Assembly: GCA_965261005.1 (NCBI GenBank)
Contig: OZ253375.1
Location: 1,376,001-1,440,000, forward strand
Origin: Deinococcus sp.
GTDB lineage: Bacteria; Deinococcota; Deinococci; Deinococcales; Deinococcaceae
Direction: 5' to 3'
DNA length: 64,000 nt
The position numbers were made by a program, and so were the translations under genes. A model generated the notes under the pieces. That model was given only the letters and a program-made list of their open reading frames with translations. It did not search any database and was not told the DNA's origin. Below are positions 21,531 through 30,352 of the stretch, piece after piece (position 1 is the stretch's first letter; each line of letters opens with the position of its first letter).

Positions 21531-22649
21531 ATGAAAGCCATCTTACTCAGCCTCGCCTTGCTGGCGGGCGCGGCCGTGGCGCAAACGACGGGGACACAGA
21601 CGACGGGAACGACGACCCAAACGCCGGCGGCCCCAGCAGTCCAACCCGCCCCGGCCACCCCAACGCCGGCCACCCCAACGCCACCTTCGACCGAACCGGC
21701 CGCCACGCAGGATCCCGCCACGGTGGTGGCCCGCGTTGGGGGCGACACCGTCACGCTGGGCGACTTCGAAAAGGAATACAACATCTACGTGGCCCGCCTG
21801 ATCAACGCGCAGGGCCTGCCGTACAGCGAGGACGCCCGGCCCTACTTCAACCAGTACCGGCCCGAGATCCTCAACGAGATCGCCCGCCAACGCGGCCTCG
21901 TGCAGCTCGCGGTTGGGGCGGGCATTCAGCCCGACGACGCCAAGGTGGACGAGTTGCTGGCCAGCAACAAGCAGGGCTTCGAGAACGACGACGCCTTTAC
22001 CGCCGCCCTGCAACAATCGGGCTACGCCGACGAGACCCAACTGCGCGCCGCGATTGCCGAGGGTTTGCAGGCCAGCGCCTACCTGGACAGCCTGAAGGGT
22101 AAGTTCAACTTTCCGGACGCCGTCGTGAGCAGCTACTATCAGACCCACAAGGCCGAGTTCACCCAAGAGTCCCAAGCCTGCGTGAAGCACATCCTGGTGC
22201 CCGACGAGGCCGCCGCCAAGGCCGCGAGGGCGCGGCTGGACGCCGGCGAGGACTTCGCCAAGGTGGCCGGGGACGTCTCCACCGACCCCGGCAGCAAGGA
22301 CAAGGGCGGCGACCTCGGCTGCTTCGGCCCCGGCGTCACGGTGCCCGAATTCGACAAGGCCGCCTTCACGGGGCCGCTCAACCAGATTCAGCAGGTCAAG
22401 ACCCAGTTCGGGGTTCATCTGCTGGACGTCACGGGGCGCACCGAGGCCGGCCTGCAACCGCTGGCCGACGTACAGGCCGCCATCCGCGACAAGCTGGCCC
22501 AGCAGGCCGCCCAAAAGTACGTGGCCAGCAAGCTGGCCGGCCTCAAGCTGCAAACCTTTCCGAACTTGGTCGCCCTGCCCACGCCCGAGCAGCCGGCGCC
22601 GGGGCAAACCCAGCCGGGTCAACCGGAGCCGACGCCGCCCTCCCCATAA
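21531..22649 (+). CDS. parvulin-type peptidyl-prolyl isomerase (PrsA-like)
   Basis: Signal peptide; KHILV, STDPGSKDKGGDLG, EFDKAAF, KTQFGVH. Confidence 0.92.
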   Translation: MKAILLSLALLAGAAVAQTTGTQTTGTTTQTPAAPAVQPAPATPTPATPTPPSTEPAATQDPATVVARVGGDTVTLGDFEKEYNIYVARLINAQGLPYSEDARPYFNQYRPEILNEIARQRGLVQLAVGAGIQPDDAKVDELLASNKQGFENDDAFTAALQQSGYADETQLRAAIAEGLQASAYLDSLKGKFNFPDAVVSSYYQTHKAEFTQESQACVKHILVPDEAAAKAARARLDAGEDFAKVAGDVSTDPGSKDKGGDLGCFGPGVTVPEFDKAAFTGPLNQIQQVKTQFGVHLLDVTGRTEAGLQPLADVQAAIRDKLAQQAAQKYVASKLAGLKLQTFPNLVALPTPEQPAPGQTQPGQPEPTPPSP

Positions 22650-22677
22650 CCCTCCCCATAAGAAGAGTAAACGCCCG

Positions 22678-22702
22678 CCTCCCCGCTCGGGGAGGTTTTT
22701 TT
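22678..22702 (+). terminator. intrinsic terminator
   Basis: CCTCCCC GCTC GGGGAGG followed by T7. Confidence 0.8.
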
Positions 22703-22748
22703 ATGCCGCCCCGAAGAGTCAGGTGGTCCCGGCCGCTATGCTCCATTC

Positions 22749-23381
22749 ATGGCGCGCCGCGTGAATCCCATTCAAGAGCGGCGGCGCAAGGCCGAGCTGG
22801 TGCAGGCGGCTTACCTGGCGATCTACAAGCACGGCTACGCCCGCGTGACCCTCAGCGACGTGGCGCGGGCGGCGGGCGTGAGCAAGGGCACCTTGGTCTA
22901 TTACTTTGGCAGCAAGGAAAAGCTGTTCGAGGCGGTGCTGCGGCGCTTCGTGCGGACCATCGCGGTCAGCACGCGCCGCGCGCTGCGGCGGGCCGACTCT
23001 GCCGAGGACAAGCTACGCGCCTTTGTGGACAACCAGTTTTACGGCCTCGCCAACACCAAGCGCTTTTACACGGTGTACCTGGACTTTTTGTCGGCCAGCA
23101 CCAAGGACCTCAAGCTGCGCGCCGTCACCCGCGCTTTTTTCGAGGCGTCGGGCCAGCTCGACTTGGAGGTGGCGGCCCTGAGCTTGGGGGACTCGGGTTC
23201 CGGCGACCGCGAGGCGCGGGCTTGGCAATTGCGCGCCCTGGTGGACGGCCTCTCGGTCCGCTTTCTCTATGACGCAGCGCCGGACTTGGAGCTGTACCGC
23301 CAGCGCTGCCTGACGGGGGCGCGGGCGGTGCTGGGCTTGCCTACGGGGGCGGACCCCGCTTTCAAAAATACTTCATGCTAG
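22749..23381 (+). CDS. TetR/AcrR family regulator (BetI-like)
   Basis: GYARVTLSDVARAAGVSKGTLVYYFGSKE HTH. Confidence 0.92.
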   Translation: MARRVNPIQERRRKAELVQAAYLAIYKHGYARVTLSDVARAAGVSKGTLVYYFGSKEKLFEAVLRRFVRTIAVSTRRALRRADSAEDKLRAFVDNQFYGLANTKRFYTVYLDFLSASTKDLKLRAVTRAFFEASGQLDLEVAALSLGDSGSGDREARAWQLRALVDGLSVRFLYDAAPDLELYRQRCLTGARAVLGLPTGADPAFKNTSC

Positions 23382-23517
23382 AACTGTTGCCGGAAGGATT
23401 GAGTGTCTTCCTCGATCCTTTCCGAGTGGAACGAGTTGCAAGAGGAGAGCGTTTGGGTGTGCAATGGAGAGACGGAGGCGAAGCTGGAGTCTCGCAATGG
23501 AACGGCCAAATGCTCTA
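23379..23517. mobile_element. MITE-like element (family B), degenerate copy in opposite orientation, at the TA of the TetR stop codon
   Basis: Reverse complement shares TAGAGCATTTG, GCTTCGC, TTGC(T/A)ACTCGTTCCACTCGG and the terminal hairpin with 9439-9613. Confidence 0.78.
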
Positions 23518-23527
23518 GGCTTTTCAC

Positions 23528-24106
23528 ATGCGCTCAAGCGGCAGCACGCCCAGCTTTTTGCCCCTCGCCGTGATCTTGCTGCTGGCGCTGAGCACGCTGC
23601 TGGCCGGGGCGCGGGGCGTCACCCATCCGGCCCCAACTTTGCTGGTGCTGGGCGCCGCGCAGTACAACGGCCACCCCTCGCCCGCCTTTAGGCGGCGGCT
23701 CGACCACGCGCTGGAACTGTACCAGGCGGGCGGCGTCAAAAGAATCGTGGTGGCGGGCGGCGTGGGCAAGGGCGACCGCTTCAGCGAGGGGGGTGTGGGC
23801 GTGAAGTACCTGGCGGGGCAGGGTGTGCCGGCGGGGCGCCTGGTCGCCGAAAAGCGCAGCCGCTCCACCTTGGAGAACTTGCTTAACAGTAAACCCTACC
23901 TGAGCGGGCCGGTCACGCTGGTCACCGACGAGGTCCACGCCACGCGGGCGCTCGCCTTGGCGCGGGGCCTCGGCCTGGACGCGGGCGTCTCCAGCGTACC
24001 CCTCGCCAGCACCGGCGAGGCCGCCGCGCGCTACAGGCGGCGCGAAAAGCTGCTGCTGGCGGCGTACACGCTGTTCGGGTTCACGGACGAGAAGAAGGGG
24101 CGTTAG
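23528..24106 (+). CDS. YdcF/DUF218 family protein
   Basis: VLGAAQY, RRLDHA, SRSTLENL, VTDEVH..RA. Confidence 0.88.
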   Translation: MRSSGSTPSFLPLAVILLLALSTLLAGARGVTHPAPTLLVLGAAQYNGHPSPAFRRRLDHALELYQAGGVKRIVVAGGVGKGDRFSEGGVGVKYLAGQGVPAGRLVAEKRSRSTLENLLNSKPYLSGPVTLVTDEVHATRALALARGLGLDAGVSSVPLASTGEAAARYRRREKLLLAAYTLFGFTDEKKGR

Positions 24107-24142
24107 GTCAGTTCTTCCCTCTCGGCCTCATTTTCTACTACG

Positions 24143-25102
24143 TTACGTCCAAAAAGGGTCGCGCTCCCAGCTGGGGGCCAGTCCGAGGTATAGCTGAACG
24201 TCTATGTTTGGAGAAGCTTGGCAAAGGTCAGCGAGCCGCTGAGACCAAGTCGCCATGGGCGCAATCCGCTTGAGAAGGTGCCAAAGCACCGCAGCGAAGC
24301 CTGCGAACTTCCGGTGGTTCACGCTAACAGGCAGGCTTGGAGAAGCTTCCGGCACGATGATGTAGCTAACGTCGAGCAGCCGCGCGTGATGGGCACATAA
24401 GTTCCGTAGGTAGCTCAGCGCGTGCAACCATGATCCAAACTCTTTAGGAGAAGTGCCAAACGGTGTCGCCACGACTTTTTTATTGGCGCGCTGCTCAAGT
24501 GCCTGGTACACTTTTGACCAAGTTCCCAAAGAAAGCTGCTCGGCGATCATCCAAGCTGGCGGATGGGCAGGATGAGTGTAGGTTTCGAAATAATGCTCGC
24601 AGAAGGCATTGCGCTTGTTAGGCTCTCGCATGCGCGTCTCTCGTTCAATAGTGCGCCGTAACTCGTCGCGTTGTGTAAAGCCGTTGCGACGGCCAGGACT
24701 GGTGAAACGCTCATTGAAGAGACTGGGATCAAGTAGCCACTGCTCGCCGTACTTTGTGGCCATGTGGTCGTTGAGTGCAGCACGTACTGCCACCTCCACG
24801 CGCTCGATTGCGTCGAGTACCAATAGTCGCAGGTGGCGGTCGAATTCGTACAACTCCACGAGTTGATCGAAGGTCGAGCCGGCTCGAAAGACGTGCGACC
24901 GCTGATAGATGGAGCGACCGGAGAAACCGGGAGTATACGTTCCGGGAATCTCAAGCAGCAGTGTATAGCCGCTGAGGCGGAAGTAGCCAATGCTGGCAAG
25001 CGTTCTTTCCGCCTTGAGCTGATCGGACACGACGAGGCCGCGCAAAGCAAGTAGAGCAATTAAATCGGTGTGGGACCGCGCACTCTTCGCGAAAGTGGTC
25101 AA
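24143..25102 (-). CDS. Abi family (Abi_2/AbiF-like) HEPN protein
   Basis: RGL..IGYFRLSGY, LYEFDRHLR..IERVEVAVR, PAWMIAE.LSLG, RNLCAH (R-x4-H); lower GC; TTG start inferred. Confidence 0.9.
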   Translation of the reverse strand: MTTFAKSARSHTDLIALLALRGLVVSDQLKAERTLASIGYFRLSGYTLLLEIPGTYTPGFSGRSIYQRSHVFRAGSTFDQLVELYEFDRHLRLLVLDAIERVEVAVRAALNDHMATKYGEQWLLDPSLFNERFTSPGRRNGFTQRDELRRTIERETRMREPNKRNAFCEHYFETYTHPAHPPAWMIAEQLSLGTWSKVYQALEQRANKKVVATPFGTSPKEFGSWLHALSYLRNLCAHHARLLDVSYIIVPEASPSLPVSVNHRKFAGFAAVLWHLLKRIAPMATWSQRLADLCQASPNIDVQLYLGLAPSWERDPFWT

Positions 25103-25119
25103 GAAGGCCCCAAGTATAG

Positions 25120-25181
25120 GCAAAAAATAGGCCCACACTGGTTCGCTCGCAAAGCTGCGGTCGCGCTGTAGGCTCTGTTGG
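25120..25181 (-). ncRNA. candidate structured leader / antitoxin RNA upstream of abi
   Basis: Minus-strand outer stem GCCTACA/TGTGGGC enclosing CGCA-GCTT-TGCG, followed by T6, directly downstream of a promoter. Confidence 0.5.
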
Positions 25182-25186
25182 CCTTT

Positions 25187-25215
25187 AAGATAGCACCTGG
25201 ACACGGGTTTGACAA
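25187..25215 (-). promoter_or_regulatory. sigma70-type promoter of abi locus
   Basis: TTGTCA-N17-TATCTT with TG extension. Confidence 0.72.
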
Positions 25216-25220
25216 GGCTG

Positions 25221-26765
25221 TTACCGCCGCAGCCGGCTCAACAGGCCGTTCACCTCGCCCACCTTAAATATCAGCGCCAGAACCAGGTACACCGCGCCGC
25301 CGACCAAGCCGCCGAGGGCCAGGCCCAAGAGACCCGGCAGCGGCTCGCCGGGGGCGGGCAGCGGGCGGGTGATCAGCCAAGCGGCCAGGCCGCTCACGGC
25401 GCCCAGCGGCAGCACCCGCGCGAGGTGGCCCATCAGCGGGCGCAGCGACAAGCCAATCTCGCGCCGGGACAGCCAGGCCAGCACCGCGCCGGTCAGGATG
25501 CCCATCATGGTGCTCGCCACGCCGAAGCCGTAGAGGCCCAGCGCCGCCGGCCGCGCCAGCACGAAGTACAGCCCCACCTCGGCCACAAAGGAGGCCGCGC
25601 TGACGCCTACCGCCGCCGCCTGCTTTTGGCGCGCGTAGAACGAGCGCAGCAGCAGGGTGTTGACGCCCCACGGCACGATGGCGAGCGCCCAGGTGGTCAG
25701 AATCTGGCTGGCGGCGGTGTACTTGATGAGGTCCAGGCCGGACAAGCTGAACACGCTGGCGGCATAAGGGGCCAGGGCCACCAGCATGGCGCTGACGGGG
25801 GCGGCCACAAAGGTGACCAGCTTGAGGGCGCGCAAGGTCAGACCGCGAAACTGCGGCCAGTCGCTCGCGGCCCCGAAGGCGGCCAGCCTGGGAAACAGGG
25901 CCAGCGCCGGCGACACCACGAAGAGGCCCTGCGCCGTCTGAAAGAGGGTCTCGGCGTTGCCGTAGCCCGTCAAGGTGCCCACCGCGAAGTTGGCCGTCAG
26001 AAAGCGGGTCACGATCAGGTTCAGGAATTGGCGCGACGAGGTGGTGAGCGCGAAGGGGGCCATCAGCAAGAGGACCCGCGAGATGCGCGGATCCCAGCGC
26101 AGGGTGGGGCGCGGCAACAGGCCGAAGCGCCCCAGGGCGGGCAGCTGGACCAGCAGCTGCGCGAGGCCGCCGACCGTCCAACCCAGCGCCAGAAAGGTGG
26201 CCGTCTTGGGGAAAATCAGCAGCACCGCGATGGCCGCGACGTTCAGGGCGATGGGCGCAAACGACGTTTCGCGAAAGTGTTCGTCGGCGTTCAGCAGGGC
26301 CATACACACCGCAGACAAGCTGACCAGCATCAAAAAGGGCATCACCAGGCGTGTCATGTAGACGGCGGTGGCGTACACCTCGGGCTTGCCCACCACGAAA
26401 AAGCTCACGATCCACGGCGCCAGCCACCAACCCAGGCCCAGCAGCAGCAGGTTGATGGCGATCAGCGTGCCGGCGAAGGTATTCGCCAGGCGGCGGCGGT
26501 CCACCTCGTCCAGCCCCTTGTACACCGGGATAAACGAGTTGACCAGGGCGCCCTCGGCCAGCAGCTCGCGGAACAAGTTGGGCACCCGGCTCGCCACCAC
26601 AAAGGCGTCGGTTAGGGTCGGGCTGAACACGTTGACGAGGAGTTGGCGCGCCACCCCGGTCAGGCGCGACCCCAGCGTGCCGAGCATCACGATCAGGATG
26701 TTTTGAAGGGAAGAGCGGCGCGGTTTGGCTCGGGGGTCGGGGGCAGTTTCGGGGGTCGGCTGCAT
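25221..26765 (-). CDS. murJ: lipid II flippase MurJ/MviN
   Basis: SRLTGVAR, DAF..SRVPNLFRELLAEGAL..SFIPV; many TM helices. Confidence 0.93.
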   Translation of the reverse strand: MQPTPETAPDPRAKPRRSSLQNILIVMLGTLGSRLTGVARQLLVNVFSPTLTDAFVVASRVPNLFRELLAEGALVNSFIPVYKGLDEVDRRRLANTFAGTLIAINLLLLGLGWWLAPWIVSFFVVGKPEVYATAVYMTRLVMPFLMLVSLSAVCMALLNADEHFRETSFAPIALNVAAIAVLLIFPKTATFLALGWTVGGLAQLLVQLPALGRFGLLPRPTLRWDPRISRVLLLMAPFALTTSSRQFLNLIVTRFLTANFAVGTLTGYGNAETLFQTAQGLFVVSPALALFPRLAAFGAASDWPQFRGLTLRALKLVTFVAAPVSAMLVALAPYAASVFSLSGLDLIKYTAASQILTTWALAIVPWGVNTLLLRSFYARQKQAAAVGVSAASFVAEVGLYFVLARPAALGLYGFGVASTMMGILTGAVLAWLSRREIGLSLRPLMGHLARVLPLGAVSGLAAWLITRPLPAPGEPLPGLLGLALGGLVGGAVYLVLALIFKVGEVNGLLSRLRR

Positions 26766-26919
26766 AAGTGACCGGCCCACTGTAGCGCGCCCAGCGTGTT
26801 GAAGGCCCGGCCCCGCGCGTGCTAGATTTTGTTGCCGCCGTGAAGACGAGTGCCTTCTGCTCGCTTCGCTCGGGCGCGCTGGGCCGCCCGGCGCACCGAA
26901 GCACTGCACCGAAGCACTA

Positions 26920-27010
<91 letters not shown>

Positions 27011-27011
27011 C

Positions 27012-27038
27012 AAAGCCGGACGTGAGTCCGGCTTTTTC
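27012..27038. terminator. terminator hairpin between convergent tRNA-Ser and binding-protein gene
   Basis: AAAGCCGGAC GTGA GTCCGGCTTTTT. Confidence 0.8.
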
Positions 27039-27046
27039 TATGGATT

Positions 27047-27778
27047 CTATAGAAAATTTGAGAGCGCCGCCGACAGGGCGCGCAACCCCTCGACGAGGCG
27101 CGGCCCCGGCCGGCCCAGGCCCGACTCGGGAATGCAGACGACCGGAACATCGGCCTCACGCTTGTGCACGACCTCCGGGCGCAGTTTTCCCACGCCGCAC
27201 CACAACACCACCGCCAAATCCGGCCGGGCGTCCCGCCACGCCCGCAGCTCCAGCGGCGCCGAGCGCGCGTCCAGCTCTCCAAAAGCGTTCCCGGCCCCCA
27301 GCAACTTCAGCATATCCGTCACCCAACTGCGCCCGCCCGCCACGATCACCGGGCGCGGCCACCACTCGACCGACACGCGCGGCGACCGGGCAAAGGGGCG
27401 GTGCAGGGCGGCGGCCTCGGCCCGCATGGCGGCGACGAGCTGCCGGGCTTCGCCCCTTACGCCAAGGGTCTCCCCCACCGTCAGGATATCTCCCAGCACG
27501 TCGTCCCAGCTTTCCGGGTCGAGGACCAGTTGGCGCAGCCCGGCGCGCTCCACCTCGGCGACCACCTTCTGCATGCCGGGCACGCTCAGGCTGCTCAGGA
27601 CCAAGTCTGGCTTCAGGGCGCGCAGGGCCGCCACGTCGATGTTCAGGTCCGGCCCGAGGCGCGCGGCGTGGGCGGCCCCTGGCGCGTCCGAAAAGCGGTC
27701 CACCGCGATCAGCTGACCGGCGAGGCCCAGCGCGGCCAGCAAGTCGGTGTTGGAGCAGGCCAGCGAGGCGAGGCGCAT
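27047..27778 (-). CDS. cobalamin/iron-type ABC substrate-binding protein (BtuF-like)
   Basis: RLASL.CSNTD, AVDRFSD, ALKPDLVL, RPGPRL. Confidence 0.82.
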   Translation of the reverse strand: MRLASLACSNTDLLAALGLAGQLIAVDRFSDAPGAAHAARLGPDLNIDVAALRALKPDLVLSSLSVPGMQKVVAEVERAGLRQLVLDPESWDDVLGDILTVGETLGVRGEARQLVAAMRAEAAALHRPFARSPRVSVEWWPRPVIVAGGRSWVTDMLKLLGAGNAFGELDARSAPLELRAWRDARPDLAVVLWCGVGKLRPEVVHKREADVPVVCIPESGLGRPGPRLVEGLRALSAALSNFL

Positions 27779-27894
27779 GGGGCAGCATGGCACAGCCCCT
27801 CAAGGTTGGGGCTGAACGTTGGGTGAAAAGTTGAGTGAAAAGAAACGCCCGCCCGGCGACAAAAGCCCCTCTGGCGCCGTGCTAGCCTGACCCC

Positions 27895-28539
27895 ATGCGG
27901 ACGTTTGCGGTTTCGATGACCTTGTTGGTGGCCGGTCTGGTCGGCACCGGGTATTACGCCTACAACTTGGGTGTGGGCAAGTACGCGAATGAGAAGAGCG
28001 TGGGCGGCGAGAACCAGCCCGGCGCGGCGAGCGGCGCGCAGCCCGGTCCAAACGGCCAGACGACGGCCGAGGTCGCTTCCGGCAACACGGGCGAGGCCGG
28101 CGAGACGGGCCGGGCGGCGCCCGACCAGCGCGGCGACAACAAGCCGGCGCAGGGGTCGGTGCCGCTGGCGAACAAGCTGAGCGGTCAGTCGAACAACCTC
28201 GCCACCGGCACGGTGTCGGGCGGCACGGCACAGGCGCAATCGGGCAGCCTGGTGCCGGTGGTGGCGCACGGCAAGACGCTCTTCAACGCCAACTGCCAAG
28301 GGTGCCACGGCGCGAACGCCCAGGGCCTGGTCGGCCCCAGCTTGGTGGCGAGCGGCGGGCCGACGGAGTGGCAGTTCGCCGACTTTCGCCGCGCCTTGCT
28401 CCAGGGTGTAACCCCGGACGGCAAGACGCTCAGCGAGACCATGCCGCGCTTCGGCGTGGTCGCCTTGCAGCCCAAGGGCCAGCCCGCCAGCGACCAAGAC
28501 CTGACAGACATTCAGGCCTACATCAAGACCCTGAAGTAA
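27895..28539 (+). CDS. membrane-anchored monoheme cytochrome c
   Basis: N-terminal TM helix, CQGCH, GPSL, MPRF. Confidence 0.9.
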   Translation: MRTFAVSMTLLVAGLVGTGYYAYNLGVGKYANEKSVGGENQPGAASGAQPGPNGQTTAEVASGNTGEAGETGRAAPDQRGDNKPAQGSVPLANKLSGQSNNLATGTVSGGTAQAQSGSLVPVVAHGKTLFNANCQGCHGANAQGLVGPSLVASGGPTEWQFADFRRALLQGVTPDGKTLSETMPRFGVVALQPKGQPASDQDLTDIQAYIKTLK

Positions 28540-28593
28540 TCTTGTCACCCTGCGCTGAGGAACCTCTCACACGGGGGCGTCGTAGTGTGGGAC

Positions 28594-30216
28594 ATGGACC
28601 TTCCCCTTCCCGTGATGGACAAGTTGCCGAAGGGCCTCAAGCTGCCCACTTGGCTGGTGCTGGACGTGCACGGCCCCTACCCCGCCCGCGCGCCGGGGAA
28701 TCCCCTGCTGGCCACCCTGTCGCGCCAAGACTCGCTGGAAAGCCTCGACAAAAAGATTGACGCGCTGTGCGAGGCCGACTGGCTGCACGGCGTCCTGATC
28801 CGCCTCGGCGACTTGCCGGTGGGGGCTGCGACCGCGTGGCACCTGCTCAGGTCGCTGCGGCGCCTCTCAGAAAAGAAGCGCACCGTCGCCCACGCCAACA
28901 GCCTCGATATGGTGGGGCTGTTGGTCGCCTGCGGGGCGCGCGAAATCGCCCTGCCAGAGAGCGCCGAGCTGATGGTCAACGGCTTTTTCGTCGAAACGAC
29001 GTATCTCGGGGAGTTCCTCAAAAAGCACGGCATCGCCTTTGAGAACTTTCGTATCAAGGAGTACAAGAGCGCCCTGACCCGCTTCAGCGAGTCGGAGATG
29101 GACCCGGCCAACCGCGAACAGCGCGAGGCCCTCCTAAAAAGCGAGGAGGCGACTTGGGCGCGCGAAATCGCGGCCTCGCGCGGCCTGTCCGAGGACGCGG
29201 TGCGCGCCGCCTTCGACGAGGGCATCAGCTCGGCGCGGCGTGCGAGGGAACTCGGGCTGATTGACAAGGTCGCCTACGAGGACGAGCTGGTCGGCCCCGG
29301 CACCCGCCCCCTTTCGGCAGCGGCGCGCGCCCTGTTCGGCATGGACTTGCCGGACCTTTCCTTCGGCGCCCCCGACCGGGTCGCGGTGGTGAACGTGCTG
29401 GGCACCATCGTGCCGGGCAGAAGCCGCCAGAACCCGCTGCCCATCCCGCTGTTCGGTGGTCCGCGGATAGGCGCCGACAACGTGGTGAGCGCGCTCAGAA
29501 AGGCCCAAAAGGACAAGGCGACGAGGGCCATCGTGCTGTACGTGGATTCCGGCGGCGGCTCGGCGCTGGCGTCGGACTTGATGTGGCGCGAGGTGGCGCG
29601 CAGCGGGAAGCCGGTGGTCGCGGTGATGGGCAACGTGGCGGCCTCGGGCGGCTATTACGTCCTGACGCACGCCAAAAAGGTGATCGCGGCCCCCACCACT
29701 ATCACCGGCTCGATTGGCGTTGTCATCGGCAAGCCGGTGTTGCAGGAGTTTAACGAACGCCAGGGGTTCAACCCCGAGCGCACCAGTCGCGGCCAGTATG
29801 CCGGGCTGCTGAGCCTCAGCACGCCATGGAACGAGAACGAGCGCGCCTTGGTGGAGCGCTCCTTGGACGAAGTCTACGACCGCTTCACCAATCGGGTCGC
29901 CGAGGGACGCGGCCTCACCCAGGCGCGCGTGAACGAGATCGGGCGCGGCCGGATCTGGTCGGGCCAGGACGCGCTGGGCCTCGGCCTGGTGGACGAGTTG
30001 GGCGACCTCAACACCGGCCTGATGCGCGCCCGCGAACTCGCCGGCCTCAGCTACGACGCCCCGAGTTGGACCGTCTCGGGCGGGCGCTGGGAATTGCCGG
30101 ACCTTTCGGCGGCCGTCTCGGTTGAGGCGCTGTTGACGGAGGCGCTGCCGTTCACTTGGACCCGGGAGCGGGCGCTCATGTTGCTTGACGCCGACTGGAA
30201 GCTGCGCTCGCGCTGA
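28594..30216 (+). CDS. sppA: signal peptide peptidase A (S49, two-domain)
   Basis: [35 protein letters not shown]. Confidence 0.93.
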   Translation: MDLPLPVMDKLPKGLKLPTWLVLDVHGPYPARAPGNPLLATLSRQDSLESLDKKIDALCEADWLHGVLIRLGDLPVGAATAWHLLRSLRRLSEKKRTVAHANSLDMVGLLVACGAREIALPESAELMVNGFFVETTYLGEFLKKHGIAFENFRIKEYKSALTRFSESEMDPANREQREALLKSEEATWAREIAASRGLSEDAVRAAFDEGISSARRARELGLIDKVAYEDELVGPGTRPLSAAARALFGMDLPDLSFGAPDRVAVVNVLGTIVPGRSRQNPLPIPLFGGPRIGADNVVSALRKAQKDKATRAIVLYVDSGGGSALASDLMWREVARSGKPVVAVMGNVAASGGYYVLTHAKKVIAAPTTITGSIGVVIGKPVLQEFNERQGFNPERTSRGQYAGLLSLSTPWNENERALVERSLDEVYDRFTNRVAEGRGLTQARVNEIGRGRIWSGQDALGLGLVDELGDLNTGLMRARELAGLSYDAPSWTVSGGRWELPDLSAAVSVEALLTEALPFTWTRERALMLLDADWKLRSR

Positions 30217-30225
30217 ACGCTCGTG

Positions 30226-30327
30226 TATACTCCCAACATGTTCCGGGCGCACAGCATGCGGGGTTCCCTCGACGGCTAGCACAAGCTAGGCCGCACGGGG
30301 GCGCTGTGCTGGCGCCCCGTTTTTTTT
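30226..30327 (+). promoter_or_regulatory. candidate attenuator leader of metG (-10 box, 13-codon uORF, terminator)
   Basis: TATACT at 30226; uORF 30238-30279 [13 protein letters not shown]; terminator GGGGCGCT-GTGCT-GGCGCCCC followed by T8; competing pairing 30249-30255 with 30303-30309. Confidence 0.55.
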
Positions 30328-30352
30328 GCCGTTCAGTGTTGGGGGAAAGCTT

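Noticed and set aside
27779..27894. Cobalamin riboswitch upstream of the BtuF-like gene
   Set aside because: Intergenic region is short and shows no B12-box
30220..30350. T-box or SAM-I riboswitch before metG
   Set aside because: No T-box GGTGG-ACC motif, no room for stem I and no SAM-I core; kept only as an unclassified attenuator
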